Shown: in pieces, positions 29,805 to 41,449 of the stretch | How the letters are laid out: each line of letters starts with the position of its first letter | Position numbering within the stretch: the stretch's first letter is position 1 | NCBI GenBank assembly: GCA_003133225.1 | Contig: PKWL01000023.1 | Coordinates: 6,531-70,530, forward strand | Direction of reading: 5' to 3' | Origin: Janthinobacterium sp. | Lineage (GTDB): Bacteria > Pseudomonadota > Gammaproteobacteria > Burkholderiales > Burkholderiaceae_D | Length of the DNA: 64,000 bases | Notes under the pieces: generated by a model | The model's input: the letters and a program-made list of their open reading frames with translations, nothing else | Database searches by the model: none | What the model was told of the DNA's origin: nothing | Program-made: the position numbers and the translations under genes

Positions 29805-30848
29805 TTAAACGACGCTGGTCTGATGCTCGTCACCGACCCGGGCCAAAATGACACCGACGCGCGAGACGTTCTCGCCGGCCGCTTGCAGATGCGTAACCGC
29901 GGCGTCCGCGTTTTCCTGGGCCACAATGACAACCATGCCGATGCCACAGTTGAAAACGCGATGCATCTCAGCGTCAGCCACCCCACCGTGCAACTGCAGC
30001 CACTGGAACAGCGGCGGCATGGTCCATGCTTTCGAATCGAGTACCGCCTTTAGGTGGCTTGGCAGCACGCGCGGCACATTTTCCACCAGGCCGCCGCCCG
30101 TGATGTGCACCATGCCCTTCACTTCCATGGTTTCCATCAGACTTAGCAAGGACTTGACGTAAATGCGGGTTGGCTCCATCAGCACATCGGCTAGCTTGCG
30201 GCCATGGAAGTCCGCCTCCAGATCCGGCTTGGTCAATTCGATGATCTTGCGCACCAGCGAGTAGCCATTCGAGTGCGCCCCCGACGAGGCCAGCCCAAGA
30301 ACGACATCGCCGGCGGCGATCTTGGTGCCATCGATGATCTTCGATTTTTCCACTGCGCCCACCGCAAAACCGGCCAAGTCGTATTCGCCGGCCGGGTACA
30401 TGCTCGGCATCTCCGCTGTTTCGCCGCCGATCAGGGCGCAGCCGGCCAGCTCGCAGCCCCTGGCTACGCCCTTGATGACGGCGGTCGCGGTCGGCACGTC
30501 GAGCTTGCCACAGGCGAAATAGTCGAGAAAGAACATGGGCTCGGCGCCCTGGACTAGGATGTCGTTGACACTCATGGCGACCAAGTCGATCCCCACCGTG
30601 TCGTGACGGTTCAGCTCGAACGCCAGCTTGAGCTTGGTGCCCACGCCGTCGGTGCCCGATACCAGAACCGGCTCCTTGAATTTCTTGCTAATTTCGAACA
30701 GGGCGCCGAAGCCGCCGATGCCGCCCATCACGCCTTCGCGCATGGTGCGCTTGGCAAACGGCTTGATTGCTTCAACCAGAGCGTCGCCGGCATCGATATC
30801 GACACCCGCATCGCGGTAAGAAAGGGAAACTTTAGAAGGTTGGTTCAT
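29805..30848 (-). CDS. purM: AIR synthetase
   Basis: [64 protein letters not shown]. Confidence 0.97.
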   Translation of the reverse strand: MNQPSKVSLSYRDAGVDIDAGDALVEAIKPFAKRTMREGVMGGIGGFGALFEISKKFKEPVLVSGTDGVGTKLKLAFELNRHDTVGIDLVAMSVNDILVQGAEPMFFLDYFACGKLDVPTATAVIKGVARGCELAGCALIGGETAEMPSMYPAGEYDLAGFAVGAVEKSKIIDGTKIAAGDVVLGLASSGAHSNGYSLVRKIIELTKPDLEADFHGRKLADVLMEPTRIYVKSLLSLMETMEVKGMVHITGGGLVENVPRVLPSHLKAVLDSKAWTMPPLFQWLQLHGGVADAEMHRVFNCGIGMVVIVAQENADAAVTHLQAAGENVSRVGVILARVGDEHQTSVV

Positions 30849-30979
30849 GGTGTGGTGGCAACGGAGGCGGTAAAATAGACAAAGAAGACCGCTTCCGCAT
30901 TTGCGCGCAGAATCGGCCAATCCGCTATTTTATCAAAATGCCCCATCAACCAGCCTTTTTAACTCATAAAAATAAATTC

Positions 30980-32062
30980 ATGCCATTTCCTTTCACGGTG
31001 GAGCAAAAGCAAACGGTGTTTTGGGTGGCGGTCTGGTTGGCGTTTTTGTTCCTGCTGGTGGCGCTGGGGCCGGTTCTGACGCCCTTTCTTGCCGCCGCCA
31101 TCCTCGCCTATGCCCTCAACCCGGGCGTCGATTACCTTGCAAATTTGCGCTTTGGCCGGTTTGGCGTGCCGCGCCCGTTGGCCGTGCTGATCGTGGTCGT
31201 GTTGTTTTTTCTAGCATTGACGGCCCTGGTGTTGATCGTGATGCCTGTTCTGCAAACGGAAGTGCCTCTATTGCAAGCCCAGATTCCCCAGTTCTTGACC
31301 AAACTCAATAACATCCTGTCGCCAAAACTGCGCGAAATGGGCATCAAGGTGCAGCTTGACGGTACGGGAATCAAAAAGATCCTGTCACAGCAGCTGGCGA
31401 CCAGCGGCGAAGAAATTTGGAGCGCCGTGCTCGCTTCGGCGCGGGTCGGCGGCACTGCCGTGCTGGGCTGGATCGCCACCCTGGTTCTCATTCCCGTCGT
31501 CTTGTTTTACCTCCTGCTCGATTGGCACCGCATGTTGGAGCGCATCAGCGGCGCCGTGCCGCGCCGCTGGGTCGGGCAAACTGTGAACATGGCCAAGGAA
31601 GTCGATTCCCTGCTGGCGCAATACCTGCGCGGACAGTTGCTGGTGATGCTGGTTTTGGCCGCGTACTACTCGGGCGGCCTGATGATCGCCGGCTTCGACG
31701 TCGCGCTGCCGGTCGGGATCATCACGGGCCTGCTGGTGTTTATTCCCTACCTCGGCTTCGGCCTAGGCCTGATCCTAGCTTTAATCGCCGCCGTGCTTCA
31801 GTTTACCGACTGGAGCGGCGTGATCGCGGTGGCCATCATTTACGGCTGCGGCCAAGTGCTCGAAGGCTTCTTTCTGACGCCGCGCCTGGTGGGCGAGCGC
31901 ATCGGCCTTAACCCGCTGGCCGTGATCTTCGCTCTGCTCGCCTTCGGCCAATTGTTCGGATTTGTCGGGGTCTTGCTCGCTTTGCCCACTTCAGCGGTCT
32001 TAATGGTCGCTTTTAAGCACCTTCGCCGCCACTACTTGCGCAGCACCTTCTATAATGCATAG
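30980..32062 (+). CDS. AI-2E family transporter (PerM-like)
   Basis: Multi-TM; PFLAAAILAYALNP, YLRGQL, FIPYLG, EGFFLTPRLVG..IGLNPL.VIFALL. Confidence 0.92.
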   Translation: MPFPFTVEQKQTVFWVAVWLAFLFLLVALGPVLTPFLAAAILAYALNPGVDYLANLRFGRFGVPRPLAVLIVVVLFFLALTALVLIVMPVLQTEVPLLQAQIPQFLTKLNNILSPKLREMGIKVQLDGTGIKKILSQQLATSGEEIWSAVLASARVGGTAVLGWIATLVLIPVVLFYLLLDWHRMLERISGAVPRRWVGQTVNMAKEVDSLLAQYLRGQLLVMLVLAAYYSGGLMIAGFDVALPVGIITGLLVFIPYLGFGLGLILALIAAVLQFTDWSGVIAVAIIYGCGQVLEGFFLTPRLVGERIGLNPLAVIFALLAFGQLFGFVGVLLALPTSAVLMVAFKHLRRHYLRSTFYNA

Positions 32063-32095
32063 AGGAATGCATACAACTGGGATAAGGCGAACGCC

Positions 32096-32764
32096 ATGAA
32101 ACAACTGGTGCTCGATTTGGGCGCGGACAGCAGGCACAGCCTCGATTCGTTCGAGGTGGGACAAAATGCCGAACTGGCGCAATGGATGCGCCAGTTCGCG
32201 ACCCGCACGGCGCGCGAGCACTTCGTCTATATCTGGGGCGAAGCCGCCGCTGGCAAGACCCATTTGCTGCAAGCCTTAGGGGCCATGCCAAGTGCCCGTT
32301 ATATCGGCCCTGACGCGGCCGAGAGCGCATTCATCTATTCGCCGCAGACAAGCTTGTACTTGCTCGACGATTGCGAGCAACTGGCGCCGGCCGCGCAGAT
32401 CGACGCCTTTTGCCTGTTCAATCAGATCCGTGACAACGGCGCCTTCATGGTCAGTAGCGGCGCCGTGGCGCCGGCCGTGCTGCCGGTACGCGAAGACCTG
32501 CGCACGCGCATGGGCTGGGGCTTGATTTACCAGATCCACGGCCTGACCGATGTCGAGAAAGTCGCGGCCCTGACGCACGCGGCAGGCAGCCGTGGCTTGA
32601 CCCTGTCGCCCGGCGTGTTACCCTATCTGATGTCCCATTTTCGGCGCGATATGCGCTCGCTATCGACGATCCTCGATTCCCTCGATCGATACTCCCTCGA
32701 GACCCAACGCGCGATCACCTTGCCACTGCTACGGGAATTGTTGCAAACGGAAGTGAAAGAATGA
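32096..32764 (+). CDS. hda: DnaA regulatory inactivator Hda
   Basis: MKQLVLDL, YIWGEAAAGKTHLL, LFNQ, DLRTRMGWG, RDMRSL..LD.LD.YSL. Confidence 0.93.
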   Translation: MKQLVLDLGADSRHSLDSFEVGQNAELAQWMRQFATRTAREHFVYIWGEAAAGKTHLLQALGAMPSARYIGPDAAESAFIYSPQTSLYLLDDCEQLAPAAQIDAFCLFNQIRDNGAFMVSSGAVAPAVLPVREDLRTRMGWGLIYQIHGLTDVEKVAALTHAAGSRGLTLSPGVLPYLMSHFRRDMRSLSTILDSLDRYSLETQRAITLPLLRELLQTEVKE

Positions 32765-33435
32765 TGAATTTGGCCCTGTTCGACCTCGACCATACCTTAT
32801 TGCCCATCGACTCCGATTACGAGTGGGGTCAGTTTTTGGTACGCATCGGGGCCGTCGACGCACGCGAATTTGAGCGCCGCAACAACGCTTTTTACGCCCA
32901 GTACCAAGCCGGTACGCTAGACCCGGTTAAATACCTCGAATTCGCGCTTGGCACGCTGGCTCAATTCCCGCGCGCGCGCCTAGACCAGATGCACGCGCAA
33001 TTCATGACCGAAGTGATTCAAAGTGCGATCCGGCCGCGCGCGCGGGAACTCGTGCAAGGCCATCTGGACGCCGGCGACCTGGTGGCCATCATCACCGCCA
33101 CCAATGAGTTCGTGACCGCGCCGATTGCCAGGGAGCTGGGCGTGCAACATCTGATCGCCGCTAAACCCGAGTTCGACGCGATGGGAAACATCACCGGCAA
33201 GCTGCTGGGCACCCCGACCCAGGGCGCCGGCAAGGTAGCCCATACCCATGCGTGGCTCGAGCGCATGGGCATGACTCTGAGCGACTTTGAACGCAGTCAT
33301 TTCTACAGCGATTCGCACAACGATATCCCCTTGCTATCCGTCGTTACCCATCCGGTTGCGACCAATCCCAGCGCCGCCCTAACTTCACATGCGTCGAGCC
33401 ACGGCTGGCCCTTACTCCATTTATTCAATGATTAA
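32761..33435 (+). CDS. HAD-IB family hydrolase
   Basis: LALFDLDHTL, ITATNEFVT, FYSDSHNDIPLL, VATNPS. Confidence 0.92.
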   Translation: MMNLALFDLDHTLLPIDSDYEWGQFLVRIGAVDAREFERRNNAFYAQYQAGTLDPVKYLEFALGTLAQFPRARLDQMHAQFMTEVIQSAIRPRARELVQGHLDAGDLVAIITATNEFVTAPIARELGVQHLIAAKPEFDAMGNITGKLLGTPTQGAGKVAHTHAWLERMGMTLSDFERSHFYSDSHNDIPLLSVVTHPVATNPSAALTSHASSHGWPLLHLFND

Positions 33436-34780
33436 AAAATTCATCCGCAAGATCCTCGGCGTCAAAGACAAGGCGGGGCGCGACCCCACCTTACCCACGA
33501 TACTCGGTCCGCAAGAGCATGGCATTGATCCGAAACTCGTCACATCCAACGCGATCCGCGTCACCAGCAGCTTGCAAGAAGCGGGCTTTGAAGCGTTTGT
33601 GGTGGGCGGCGCGGTGCGCGATCTTTTGCTGGGCGTGAAACCGAAAGACTTCGACGTCGCCACCAACGCCACCCCCGAACAAGTCAAGCGCCTGTTTCGG
33701 CGCGCCTTCATCGTCGGGCGTCGCTTCCAGATTGTGCACGTGATGTTCGGTCAAGATTTGCTGGAAGTGACCACCTTTCGCGGCGCCGGCTCCGCTTCAT
33801 CACCCAAGGACGAGCATGGCCGCGTACTGCGCGACAACAACTTCGGCTTGCAGCATGAAGATGCCGTGCGCCGCGACTTCACCATCAACGCCATGTATTA
33901 CAACCCGGCCACGCAGGAAGTACTGGACTACCACGGCGGGATCGCCGACATCCGTGGCAAGATTTTGCGCATTATTGGGCAACCGGAAGCGCGCTACCGC
34001 GAAGACCCCGTGCGCATGCTGCGCGTGGTGCGCTTCGCCGCCAAGCTCAATTTCACCATCGAGCCGACCACCGCGGCGCCGATCGCGGTGATGGCGCCGC
34101 TGATCAACAACGTTCCGGCCGCGCGCGTGTTCGACGAGATGCTCAAGCTGCTCATGAGCGGCCATGCGCTGGCTTGCCTGCAGCAGCTGCGCAAAGAAGG
34201 CCTGCATCATGGCTTGCTGCCGCTGCTCGACGTGGTCTTGGAGCAGCCGATGGGGATAAAATTCGTAACCCTGGCGCTCGATTCGACCGACCAGCGCATC
34301 GCCGCCGGCAAGACCGCCTCGCCGGCTTTCCTGTTTGCCGCGCTGCTGTGGCATGAGGTGCTCGAGAAATGGACGGCCTATCGCGCCGCTGGCGAAGCGG
34401 CTATCCCCGCGCTGCACTTAGCCGCCGACGAGGTACTCAATTCGCAAACCGAAAAACTGGCCCTGCAGCGCAAGATCGGCGCCGACATGCGCGACATCTG
34501 GTCGCTGCAGCCGCGCCTCGAGCGCCGCGTCGGCAAGTCACCCTACAAGTTGCTAGAGCATTTGCGTTTTCGCGCCGGTTACGATTTTCTGCTGTTGCGT
34601 TGCGCCTCCGGTGAAATGGAGGCCGAGATCGGCGAATGGTGGACCGCGTTTTATGAAGGTGACGCCGCGGCCCGCGAACATCTGCTAACGACGGCGGGCG
34701 CGGCGCCAGGCGCCAAAAAACGCGCACCGCGGCGCGCCGGCCGTAGCAAGGACATGAGCAGCAGCACTAGCGCCAAATGA
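33428..34780 (+). CDS. pcnB: Poly(A) polymerase I
   Basis: VVGGAVRDLLLG..PKDFDVAT, RRDFTINAMYY, EDPVRMLR, RFRAGYDFLLLR. Confidence 0.96.
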   Translation: MIKKFIRKILGVKDKAGRDPTLPTILGPQEHGIDPKLVTSNAIRVTSSLQEAGFEAFVVGGAVRDLLLGVKPKDFDVATNATPEQVKRLFRRAFIVGRRFQIVHVMFGQDLLEVTTFRGAGSASSPKDEHGRVLRDNNFGLQHEDAVRRDFTINAMYYNPATQEVLDYHGGIADIRGKILRIIGQPEARYREDPVRMLRVVRFAAKLNFTIEPTTAAPIAVMAPLINNVPAARVFDEMLKLLMSGHALACLQQLRKEGLHHGLLPLLDVVLEQPMGIKFVTLALDSTDQRIAAGKTASPAFLFAALLWHEVLEKWTAYRAAGEAAIPALHLAADEVLNSQTEKLALQRKIGADMRDIWSLQPRLERRVGKSPYKLLEHLRFRAGYDFLLLRCASGEMEAEIGEWWTAFYEGDAAAREHLLTTAGAAPGAKKRAPRRAGRSKDMSSSTSAK

Positions 34781-35265
34781 GTTCCCGCAGCAGCGTCGCC
34801 TATATCGGCATCGGCGCCAACCTGTTCGACGCGCGCGCCACGGTGGCCGCCGCGATCGTGTGCCTGGGGCAAATGCCGCGCAGCGTGTTGCTGGCAGCGT
34901 CCAGCCTGTACCGCACGGCGCCGATTGACGCGGGCGGGGATGACTACATCAACGCGGTGGCGTGCGTCGAAACGCAGCTGGCGGCGCCCGAGCTGTTGCA
35001 ACGGATGCAAGCGATCGAACTGGCGCACGGGCGCGAGCGGCCCAGCCGCAACGCGCCGCGCACGCTGGACCTTGACCTGTTGTTGTATGGCGCCGCGCAC
35101 ATTGCGAGCGCCACCTTGCAAGTGCCGCACCCGCGCATGAGCGAGCGGGCTTTCGTCTTGATCCCCTTGCTCGAACTGGCACCGGCCATCACCATCCCCG
35201 GCCTCGGCCCGGCGCGCCAGTTTTTGGGCGCCACGGCCCATCAAGTCATCGGCAAGATCGGATAA
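34777..35265 (+). CDS. folK: HPPK (folate biosynthesis pyrophosphokinase)
   Basis: AYIGIGANL, SSLYRTAP, YINAV, APRTLDLDLL, VPHPRMSERAFVL.PL. Confidence 0.95.
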   Translation: MSSRSSVAYIGIGANLFDARATVAAAIVCLGQMPRSVLLAASSLYRTAPIDAGGDDYINAVACVETQLAAPELLQRMQAIELAHGRERPSRNAPRTLDLDLLLYGAAHIASATLQVPHPRMSERAFVLIPLLELAPAITIPGLGPARQFLGATAHQVIGKIG

Positions 35266-35412
35266 TTGATCACGTTCTCCCTTCGATGAGCTGGCACAGG
35301 CACAGGGCGCCCATCAAACCCGCCGCAGTCCCTTGGAACCGCGGCGGGCGTGTTCGGTGAAGTGGGAATACACTAGCGTGCCGGTATGTCTACACAATTA
35401 GAGGATCATTTT

Positions 35413-36279
35413 ATGGCTGGTTATTTGCAAGAAAAAAAATTGACACCGATGGGCCCGGCCGGCGCGCCGCCGGTGAAATCGGCCGCCAGCAAGGCGGTCA
35501 CGATTCAGGCGCTAAACAGCTTGCGCAGCGCCGGCGAAAAAATCGCCATGCTGACCTGCTATGACGCCAGCTTCGCCACGCTGATGGAGCGCTGCGGTGT
35601 GGAAGTGCTGCTCATTGGCGACTCCCTGGGCATGGTCTGCCAGGGCCATCACTCGACCCTACCGGTGACGGTGGCGGACATGGCCTACCACACGGGCGCC
35701 GTCGCACGCGGCGCTAAGTCGGCCATGATTTTGGCCGACTTGCCGTTTGGCAGCTACGCCACACCCGAGGCGGCATTTCATAGCGCGGTGCAACTGGTGC
35801 AGGCCGGCGCGCACATGATCAAGCTCGAAGGGGGTGCCTGGCTGGCCGAGACCGTCAAATTTCTGAGCGAGCGCGCGATTCCCGTGTGCGCCCATCTCGG
35901 CTTGACCCCGCAATCGGTGCACCAGTTGAGCGGCTACAAAGTGCAGGGAAAAACGATTGAGAGCGCCGAGATGCTCAAGGCCGACGCGCTCACGCTGCAG
36001 GCGGCTGGAGCGAGCTTGCTGGTGCTCGAAGCAATCCCGTCCCGGCTGGGCAAAGAGGTCACAGAATTATTGTCAATCCCCACCATCGGGATTGGCGCCG
36101 GCCCCGATTGCTCGGGCCAGGTGCTGGTGATGCATGATTTGCTGGGCGTCTTCCCTGGGCGCCAGGCGCGCTTCGTGAAGAATTTCATGGAAGGCCAGAC
36201 CAGCATCGACGCCGCCGTCCGCGCCTATGTTGGCGCCGTCAAGGATGGCAGCTTCCCCGCCGCGAGCCATTGCTTCTGA
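35413..36279 (+). CDS. panB: Ketopantoate hydroxymethyltransferase
   Basis: [54 protein letters not shown]. Confidence 0.97.
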   Translation: MAGYLQEKKLTPMGPAGAPPVKSAASKAVTIQALNSLRSAGEKIAMLTCYDASFATLMERCGVEVLLIGDSLGMVCQGHHSTLPVTVADMAYHTGAVARGAKSAMILADLPFGSYATPEAAFHSAVQLVQAGAHMIKLEGGAWLAETVKFLSERAIPVCAHLGLTPQSVHQLSGYKVQGKTIESAEMLKADALTLQAAGASLLVLEAIPSRLGKEVTELLSIPTIGIGAGPDCSGQVLVMHDLLGVFPGRQARFVKNFMEGQTSIDAAVRAYVGAVKDGSFPAASHCF

Positions 36280-36389
36280 ATGGACGCCATAGCCGGCCCC
36301 AGCCGTCTTGCCATGCATTAACTTCCCGCCGGCCGTCAGCAGCGCATTTCCCACTGGAGATCAAGCGCCGCCTGATGGCGACTTGGTGA

Positions 36390-36418
36390 ACCCAGCCGGG
36401 ATGCGCGCTCGGCTGGGT
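36390..36418. terminator. Hairpin between convergent panB and can
   Basis: ACCCAGCCG pairs with CGGCTGGGT. Confidence 0.5.
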
Positions 36419-36446
36419 CGCGAACGACGGGGCGGCGCAGGTATGG

Positions 36447-37112
36447 TTATTCGGGCTGCGCGTAACGGCTAAAACGCTGCTCCAGTCGCGGCGCCAACTC
36501 ATGCGGCGCCCTGACCGTCAATTCCAAGTCGTGCAACAAGCCATCGTTCAAGCCGTACACCCAGCCGTGCACGGCTAGAGTCTGGCCGCGCTCCCACGCA
36601 TCTTGCACGATCGTCGTCTGGCACACGTTGACCACCTGCTCGGTCACGTTCAACTCGCATAAACGGTCTAAGCGCTCTTTACTGGTGAGGACATCGCCCA
36701 GATAACGTTCATGCTTTTGGTTGACATCTTGCACGTGGCGCAGCCAGTTGTCGGCCAGTCCCAGGCGCCGACCCGTCATGGCCGCATGCACACCGGAACA
36801 ACCGTAGTGGCCGACGATCATCACGTGCTTCACTTTGAGCACATCGACGGCAAATTGCAGTACCGACAGGCAGTTCAGATCCGAATGCACCACCACGTTA
36901 GCGATGTTGCGGTGGACGAACAATTCGCCCGGCGCCAGCCCCAGCAACTCATTGGCGGGCACGCGGCTGTCGGAGCAGCCGATCCAAAAAAACTCCGGAG
37001 ACTGCTGCGACTCCAGCTTTTTAAAAAAGTCCGCTTCTTGCTCCACCATTAAGCGGGCCCATTTTTTGTTACTTTCCAGTAATCCGGCCAGCTCGGTCAT
37101 CTTCTCTCCCAT
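36447..37112 (-). CDS. can: Beta-class carbonic anhydrase
   Basis: WIGCSDSRVP, FVHRNIAN, GHYGCSGV, RLCELNV.EQ, HGWVY. Confidence 0.95.
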   Translation of the reverse strand: MGEKMTELAGLLESNKKWARLMVEQEADFFKKLESQQSPEFFWIGCSDSRVPANELLGLAPGELFVHRNIANVVVHSDLNCLSVLQFAVDVLKVKHVMIVGHYGCSGVHAAMTGRRLGLADNWLRHVQDVNQKHERYLGDVLTSKERLDRLCELNVTEQVVNVCQTTIVQDAWERGQTLAVHGWVYGLNDGLLHDLELTVRAPHELAPRLEQRFSRYAQPE

Positions 37113-37189
37113 GTAACAAGACCGCCGATTGCCAAGCAGACAAAGAGCGGTCCGACGAAGACGCGCGTGCGCGTCCGGTCAAAGGCGAA

Positions 37190-38317
37190 TCACTCGAAAA
37201 AATCCTTCACCTTGTCTTTCCAGGTCTTGCTCTGGGGGCTGTGCTTGCCTCCCCCTTCGGCGGTCGATTTTTCGAATTCATGCAGCAGATCTTTTTGCTT
37301 TTCCGTCAGCTTGACGGGAGTCTCAATGGCCACGTGGCAAAACAGATCGCCCGCGTAGCCCGAGCGCACACCCTTGATGCCCTTGCCCTTCAGGCGGAAC
37401 GTCTTACCCGACTGGGTACCGTCAGGAATCGTAAACGAGACCTTGCCGTCCAAGGTGGGAACTTCGATCTCGCCGCCCAAGGCCGCCTTGGCAAATGAAA
37501 TCGGCATTTCGCAATGCAGGTCATCGCCTTCGCGCTGGAACACCGCATGCGGCTTGATGTGGATTTCCACGTAAAGGTCGCCGGACGGGCCGCCATTGGT
37601 ACCTGGTTCGCCATTGCCCGACGAGCGTATGCGCATACCGTTGTCTATGCCCACCGGAATCTTCACTTCCAGCGTCTTGTTGCGCTTGATGCGCCCGGCG
37701 CCGCCGCACGGCGCGCAGGGGTCCGATATGGTTTTACCGGTGCCGTGGCATTTCGGGCACGTTTGCTGGATACTGAAGAAGCCTTGTTGCATGCGCACTT
37801 GGCCGTGACCTGCGCAGGTGGTGCAAGTACTGGGCGCGGTACCCGGTTTGGCGCCCGTTCCGTGGCACGTGTCGCACTTGTCCCACGACGGAACGCGAAT
37901 GGTGGTATCGAAACCGTGCGCGGCCTGCTCCAGCGTAATTTCCAGGTTATAACGCAGATCGGCGCCCCGGTATACTTGGGGTCCCGTATTGCGGTTGCGC
38001 CCGCCACCACCGAAGATATCGCCGAAGATGTCGCCGAAGCTGTCGGCAAAGCCGCCGGCGTTGCCGCCAAAGCCGCCACCGCCCATGTTGGGATCCACGC
38101 CCGCATGGCCGTAACGGTCATATGCTTCGCGCTTTTCCGCATTGGTCAGCATTTCGTAGGCTTCTTTAACTTCCTTGAACTTCTCTTCCGAGCCCTTGCT
38201 GTCCGGATTACGATCCGGATGGTATTTCATCGCGAGTTTGCGATAGGACTTTTTAATCTCTTCTTCCGAAGCATTTTTTGCGACACCGAGTGTCTCGTAA
38301 AAATCACGCTTTGCCAT
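37190..38317 (-). CDS. dnaJ: Chaperone DnaJ
   Basis: J domain with YHPDRN, G/F-rich linker, four CxxCxGxG repeats. Confidence 0.98.
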   Translation of the reverse strand: MAKRDFYETLGVAKNASEEEIKKSYRKLAMKYHPDRNPDSKGSEEKFKEVKEAYEMLTNAEKREAYDRYGHAGVDPNMGGGGFGGNAGGFADSFGDIFGDIFGGGGRNRNTGPQVYRGADLRYNLEITLEQAAHGFDTTIRVPSWDKCDTCHGTGAKPGTAPSTCTTCAGHGQVRMQQGFFSIQQTCPKCHGTGKTISDPCAPCGGAGRIKRNKTLEVKIPVGIDNGMRIRSSGNGEPGTNGGPSGDLYVEIHIKPHAVFQREGDDLHCEMPISFAKAALGGEIEVPTLDGKVSFTIPDGTQSGKTFRLKGKGIKGVRSGYAGDLFCHVAIETPVKLTEKQKDLLHEFEKSTAEGGGKHSPQSKTWKDKVKDFFE

Positions 38318-38451
38318 GTTGGAGGCACCTTGCAGTCTACTGAAGTACTAATTACACGAAAAAGCCGAGAGGTCCGCTTCGCGGCGGCTCGGCCCGGCAG
38401 TTCTGAGGCTAAGTGGCCGCGACGTCATGCGCGGCCGGAACTCAAAGACAA

Positions 38452-40395
38452 TTATTTGCTGTCTTTGACTTCCTTGAAGTCGGCATCAACGACATCGTCT
38501 TGCTTGGCGTTCGATTCCGGCGCAGCTCCTGCCTGTTGCGCCCCTTCGGCTCCGCCCGCCGCTTGCTGGGCTTGCATATCGGCGTACATCTTCTCGCCCA
38601 GCTTTTGCGACGCCGTCGATAAAGCGGCGACCTTGGCGTCGATCTCGGCCTTGTCGGCGCTCTTTATCGACGTTTCCAGGTCGGCGATGGCAGCGTCGAT
38701 CTTTTCCTTCTCGCCAGCTTCAAGCTTTTCGCCGTATTCGATCAGCGACTTTTTGGTCGAGTGCACCAAAGCATCCGCCTGGTTGCGCGACTCCGCCAAT
38801 TCCTTAACTTTCTTGTCATCCTCGGCGTTCAATTCAGCGTCTTTCACCATCTTTTGAATTTCCGCTTCCGTCAAGCCGGAATTTGCCTTGATCGTGATCT
38901 TGTTCTCTTTGCCGGTGGCTTTGTCCTTGGCGCCGACATGCAAAATGCCGTTGGCATCAATATCGAAAGTCACTTCAATTTGCGGCGTGCCGCGCGATGA
39001 GGGCGGGATGCCTTCCAAATTAAATTCGCCCAGCCCCTTGTTGCCGGCCGCGATTTCGCGCTCGCCCTGGTAGACTTTGATCGTCACGGCAGGCTGGTTG
39101 TCGTCGGCGGTCGAAAATACCTGGCTGAACTTGGTCGGAATCGTCGTGTTTTTGTGAATCATTTTGGTCATCACACCACCGAGGGTCTCGATGCCAAGCG
39201 ACAATGGTGTGACATCTAACAACAATAAGTCCTTGCGCTCGCCCGACAGAACCGAGCCCTGGATCGCTGCGCCGACGGCGACCGCTTCATCCGGGTTGAC
39301 ATCCTTGCGGGGATCCTTGCCGAAAAATTCCTTCACTTTTTCCTGCACCTTCGGCATGCGGGTCATGCCGCCAACCAAGATGATGTCGTCGATGTCCGAT
39401 ACTTTCACGCCGGCGTCCTTGATCGCCGTGCGGCAAGGCTCGATGGTGGCGTTGATCAGCTCTTCGACCAGCGACTCGAGCTTGGCGCGCGTCATCTTCA
39501 AGTTCAAATGGACCGGGGCGCCGTTCGCCATCGCGATGTAGGGCTCGTTAATTTCCGTCTGCTGGGCCGACGATAATTCGATCTTCGCGCGCTCGGCCGA
39601 AGCTTTGATGCGCTGCAAAGCGATCGGATCTTTTTTCAGATCCAGGCCGTTGATCTTCTTGAACTCGTCGATGATGTAATCGATGATGCGCTGGTCGAAA
39701 TCTTCGCCGCCGAGGAAGGTATCGCCGTTGGTCGACAACACTTCAAATTGCTTTTCGCCATCAACATCGGCGATTTCGATGATCGAGACGTCGAAAGTGC
39801 CGCCGCCCAAATCATACACGGCGATCTTGCGATCGCCCTTTTCAGTCTTGTCGAGGCCGAACGCGAGCGCCGCTGCGGTTGGCTCGTTGATGATGCGCTT
39901 GACGTCCAGGCCGGCAATCCGCCCGGCATCCTTGGTCGCTTGCCGCTGCGAATCGTTGAAATACGCCGGCACCGTGATGACCGCTTCGGTGACTTCTTCG
40001 CCAAGGTAGTCCTCGGCCGTTTTTTTCATCTTGCGCAGCACTTCGGCGGAGATTTGCGGCGGCGCCAGCTTCTTGTCGCGCACGCCAATCCAAGCGTCGC
40101 CATTGTCGGCCTTCATGATCTGGAACGGCATCAGCGCAATGTCTTTCTGCACTTCTTTTTCGTCGAACTTGCGCCCGATCAGGCGCTTGACGGCAAACAG
40201 AGTGTTTTTCGGATTGGTCACGGCCTGCCGTTTCGCGGGCGCGCCGACCAGGATTTCGCCATCTTCTTGATAGGCGATGATCGACGGCGTCGTGCGTGCC
40301 CCTTCCGCATTTTCGATCACCTTGGGTTGACCGTTTTCCATGATGGATACGCAGGAATTTGTCGTTCCCAGATCGATACCAATAATTCTACCCAT
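38452..40395 (-). CDS. dnaK: Chaperone DnaK
   Basis: [52 protein letters not shown]. Confidence 0.99.
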   Translation of the reverse strand: MGRIIGIDLGTTNSCVSIMENGQPKVIENAEGARTTPSIIAYQEDGEILVGAPAKRQAVTNPKNTLFAVKRLIGRKFDEKEVQKDIALMPFQIMKADNGDAWIGVRDKKLAPPQISAEVLRKMKKTAEDYLGEEVTEAVITVPAYFNDSQRQATKDAGRIAGLDVKRIINEPTAAALAFGLDKTEKGDRKIAVYDLGGGTFDVSIIEIADVDGEKQFEVLSTNGDTFLGGEDFDQRIIDYIIDEFKKINGLDLKKDPIALQRIKASAERAKIELSSAQQTEINEPYIAMANGAPVHLNLKMTRAKLESLVEELINATIEPCRTAIKDAGVKVSDIDDIILVGGMTRMPKVQEKVKEFFGKDPRKDVNPDEAVAVGAAIQGSVLSGERKDLLLLDVTPLSLGIETLGGVMTKMIHKNTTIPTKFSQVFSTADDNQPAVTIKVYQGEREIAAGNKGLGEFNLEGIPPSSRGTPQIEVTFDIDANGILHVGAKDKATGKENKITIKANSGLTEAEIQKMVKDAELNAEDDKKVKELAESRNQADALVHSTKKSLIEYGEKLEAGEKEKIDAAIADLETSIKSADKAEIDAKVAALSTASQKLGEKMYADMQAQQAAGGAEGAQQAGAAPESNAKQDDVVDADFKEVKDSK

Positions 40396-40436
40396 GATTT
40401 ATTCTTCCTTAGTTTGCTTGAATTCAGATGTTTCTT

Positions 40437-40464
40437 ATATGTGGAACAACTGCGCGCTTTCAAG
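40437..40464 (-). promoter_or_regulatory. Sigma-32 (RpoH) promoter for dnaK
   Basis: Minus strand CTTGAA-N14-CCACATAT, close to consensus CTTGAA-N13/14-CCCCATnT. Confidence 0.8.
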
Positions 40465-40489
40465 ATGGTCTTGATACCGCACTCTGGAT

Positions 40490-41026
40490 TTAATGTGCTT
40501 TCGCGGCCGTCACGATGGCCGGACGCAGCAGGCGATCGGCGATCATATAACCTTTTTGCAACACTGCAACAACCGTATTGGTTTCCTGATCGGCTGGAAC
40601 CATGGCCACGGCTTGATGTTTCATCGGGTCTAGCTTGTCGCCTTGCGCCGGCAAAATCTCCAGCAAGCGATTTTTCTCGAACGCCGAGGTCAGCTGTTTC
40701 AATGTCATTTCGACGCCCTCCTTGAGCGAGTCGATCGACGGCGTCTCCACCGTGAGCGCCTTCTCCAGGCTGTCCTTGACGGGCACCATGGCCTCGGCAA
40801 AACTTTCCACGGCAAATTTATGCGCCTTGGCGACGTCTTCTTGGGCCCGGCGGCGGATGTTTTCGCCGTCCGCCTTGGCCCGCATGAAAGCGTCATGCAT
40901 CTCGGCAAGACGCGCCTCGGTCGTGGCTAACTGCTCTTCTAAGGTGGGCTCGGCGGGAGGCGGTGGCTGGACTGGCTCCGCCTCAGCCTGCGGTTGAGGG
41001 ATGGCTTGATTTTCCTGATCTTGCAT
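40490..41026 (-). CDS. grpE: Nucleotide exchange factor GrpE
   Basis: [35 protein letters not shown]. Confidence 0.96.
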   Translation of the reverse strand: MQDQENQAIPQPQAEAEPVQPPPPAEPTLEEQLATTEARLAEMHDAFMRAKADGENIRRRAQEDVAKAHKFAVESFAEAMVPVKDSLEKALTVETPSIDSLKEGVEMTLKQLTSAFEKNRLLEILPAQGDKLDPMKHQAVAMVPADQETNTVVAVLQKGYMIADRLLRPAIVTAAKAH

Positions 41027-41092
41027 CTAAAAGACTCCTACAATCAATGGCTGAATATTAGTATTAACGCACTTCTGTATCGCACCAGCCAC

Positions 41093-41120
41093 AAGTGGGG
41101 CTTTATCCTATGTTTTCAAG
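41093..41120 (-). promoter_or_regulatory. Sigma-32 (RpoH) promoter for grpE
   Basis: Minus strand CTTGAA-N14-CCCCACTT. Confidence 0.82.
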
Positions 41121-41194
41121 GGGTATTCTGCCAGCGCTTTCATCCGCCAGCTGCCCCGGCGCCGGGCGCCATTCATATCGCTCTTTCCCGTACC

Positions 41195-41292
41195 TGTAAC
41201 AATGGTTACAAAACTTACCTGTTTTGGATATTTTCTTTTGCGCTAAACAGTCTAATATAACAATTGATAAGACAAGCATAACAATTGATAAG
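41195..41292. promoter_or_regulatory. Operator-like elements: palindrome TGTAAC-AATG-GTTACA and a 15-bp direct repeat ATAACAATTGATAAG x2
   Basis: Palindrome 41195-41210; repeats at 41257-41271 and 41278-41292 (21-bp period). Confidence 0.6.
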
Positions 41293-41329
41293 CTCGTTTA
41301 CAACTGCAAGCCGAGGTTAGGGGAGCAAC

Positions 41330-41425
41330 ATGAAACTGCAACTTATTACCGCGTCCATTATCGCTTACACAATTGTTACGGCAGCATGGATATGTTATGC
41401 CGGGCTAAACTCCCCCGTACAATAA
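41330..41425 (+). CDS. 31-aa single-TM small protein (MKLQLITASIIAYTIVTAAWICYAGLNSPVQ)
   Basis: AGGGGAG RBS 5 nt before the ATG, one hydrophobic helix, hairpin downstream at 41450-41473. Confidence 0.62.
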   Translation: MKLQLITASIIAYTIVTAAWICYAGLNSPVQ

Positions 41426-41449
41426 GAGCAACTTTCAATAGGAGCAACT

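Noticed and set aside
35319-35348. Hairpin CCCGCCGC...GCGGCGGG between folK and panB as a pantothenate-related RNA motif
   Set aside because: A single GC stem with no recognisable motif features; more simply a terminator or processing hairpin.
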